From Gnetum montanum (lineage: Eukaryota; Plantae; Gnetophyta), in the NCBI GenBank assembly GCA_015680685.1, contig MNCI01002656.1:1-64000 (forward strand): a DNA stretch of 64,000 nt. The letters are read 5' to 3'. The notes below the pieces were generated by a model. The model did not search any database. It was given only the letters and a program-made list of their open reading frames with translations, and was not told the DNA's origin. This document shows positions 62,080 through 64,000 of the stretch, one piece after another. Each line of letters starts with the position of its first letter. Within the stretch, counting starts at the first letter, position 1. Both the position numbers and the translations under genes were made by a program.

Positions 62080-64000
62080 TGATGAGTCCTGATATCAGAT
62101 CCTCGATATCAGACCCTTAATATTAGATATGCGATATTAAAGATGCAAAAGCAATATCAAACATGAAATGTTGGAACTTGTCTTCTTGGCTATAAATAGG
62201 AGACAGGGGCACTTGGTTTGGCATTAGTTTTTAATACCTTAGCCAAATTCTTGCAGTTTTTCTATTCTAGAGTTAGAGTTATTTCTGAGTGCTTGTAGTA
62301 GGAGTCATAAAGTGAAAGAATCTTTATTCGAGCATTGTGTACTTGAGCACACCTTGTGTCCAAAAATAAAGATGAACTTTGTGATAAACCTTGCAACATT
62401 CAGAATAGCTTAATTATTGCATTTCATGTTATTTACTGTTATTTGATGCTTTCAATAGTTAATTAATGTTATTTTCATCAAACCATTAATTATTAGTTAT
62501 CAATGAATTAGCACACTCAACACGACCACTTCAAGCATACGTAGAACACTTGGTAACCCAGTAACGATTAGCATTTGGTAATCCCAGTAGTGTTACACTG
62601 GTTTAGGATGTGTCTGGAAAGTGGGAACAAATGTTGGTGTTAGGATTAGTTAGAGAATAGTTAATTAGTTAAATCAAATTAGTTATTAAATTACCTCATT
62701 TCTCTCTTTTAAGCATTAAGAATATAAAACATAAAATAATAGAAATCACATACCTTGAGTTATACAATTGTGCCTTACAAGTAAGCTTGGGAAGACAATG
62801 ATCGCATAACTCATCCTTGTTCTGTGTAAGCGCATAAGCACTTAATCCTTGGAGTCTGACCGGATCACATGTGAACAATCATATCTGTATGGTTGGGCAT
62901 AGGGGTACATTGCTACTGATCATTAGCACCATTTCTGGGGATTTTGTTGTTTGTGTGCTGATTAGAACCTAGGAAATCTTTCCATCGTTGGAACAAACCC
63001 TTAGAGTAACTATCCTACAATCACTAGAAAAGGGTATTGCACACTGACTAATCAATCATGTCTCCTTCTTCTTATGACAGTGCTTCATTGACTAGGTCTG
63101 ACACCATGAATTATCAGAGGTGGGGTGCACATGATGATCCTCCAATGCCCCAACAGTTTCACATGGTATACGTGCATCCTGATGAGTATATACCAAACTT
63201 TACCTATATCCTCCACTAGGATGAACAACTACGTTGACGTGATTTAGAAGGTCACATAGTGTTACCTCCTGATTGCTCAATCCTAGGCATGCTTCTTCAT
63301 GCTCTCACATGAATTGGTATGCAACAGTTACAATTGGAGTACATTGTGCATGAACAAGATTTGAGAGGTTATTTACCCATGGAGGCACAACGCCAAAGGG
63401 ATTTGCAATAAGAGACACATTACAAATCCGTGAAGGGGAAGTGGTCTCAAGATGTCCCATATGTCCTAAGTGAAAACAAGGGTGGTGAACCTGCATCGAG
63501 AGGCTTTCCACAAAATGATGTTCCTCTCGTTGACTTCGATCAAGGAGTTGTGTATCAAAATTTTCACTCAACTATTCATAACCTAGGTTCTCATACCAAT
63601 GGACACAAAGGGTCCAAAAAAGGAACACAAACACATGACAATGATGGACATTTCAACCGTAATCACAATCGAGACCGTGACCACCAAAGAAAGGATGATA
63701 GGCATCGTCATGGTACTAGTCCTTCTTCCTCTTCACCTTCATCATCTCCTTCCCCCTCTCCTTTAAATATTTGAATGCAATCACAAAGGGAAAGACCATG
63801 AGGAAAATGGTAAGTAAAATAGAAACCACTAACAAAATAATCAGGAAAGGGGATGAGGAATTCTAGTGAGACACATCACGAAATAAGGGAGAGTAGAAAA
63901 CAACATATGCATCATAAACACCATAGACAGTACAATCATGATGAACCCCTACCCACCACATGAAGTATGTTAGATATAATAGAGGCCGTTAGGATTCCAA
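62080..64000 (+). mobile_element. Athila-like element E, nested in D's gag and running off the window: LTR 62080-62922, PBS 62924-62941, gag from 63058
   Basis: TGATGAG start; U5 end GTATGGTTGGGCATAGGGGTAC...TGATCA; TAGCACCATTTCTGGGGA; gag N-terminus homologous to E1 and A. Confidence 0.82.

Noticed and set aside
62079-62170. CTGATGAGTCC resembling a hammerhead ribozyme core
   Set aside because: It is the junction of target DNA with the LTR start TGATGAG; there is no stem II closing on GAAA.

Overview
Land-plant genomic DNA, TE-rich, with assembly gaps at 1862-2095 and 4535-5453 and several single-N joins. There is one intact host gene: a 5-exon tonoplast sugar transporter (TST/TMT family, + strand, CDS 15084-19984, 784 aa), with a dense G-box/ABRE/RY cluster about 4 kb upstream. 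The rest is mostly decayed Ty3/gypsy LTR retrotransposons. Five are Athila-like (TGATG...ATCA LTR ends, tRNA-Asp-type PBS): E1 47-5505, E2 5506-8320, A ~22060-34865, D 59106-62079 and E 62080 onward. One is a full-length 19.3-kb Tat/Ogre-type element (36666-55980, CACTT TSD). The most unusual observations are four. (i) The Ogre-type element has ~6.5 kb between gag-protease and RT-RH-aRH-INT, holding an antisense, multi-intron accessory gene. (ii) In both LTR lineages the palindromic U3 motif reappears internally just upstream of a large accessory ORF, suggesting an internal promoter and a possible self-regulatory circuit. (iii) A stem-loop with compensatory changes is conserved downstream of pol in two diverged Athila copies. 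(iv) A conserved, unassigned domain sits at the N-terminus of the Athila Gag ORF. All of this was read by eye; no searches were run.
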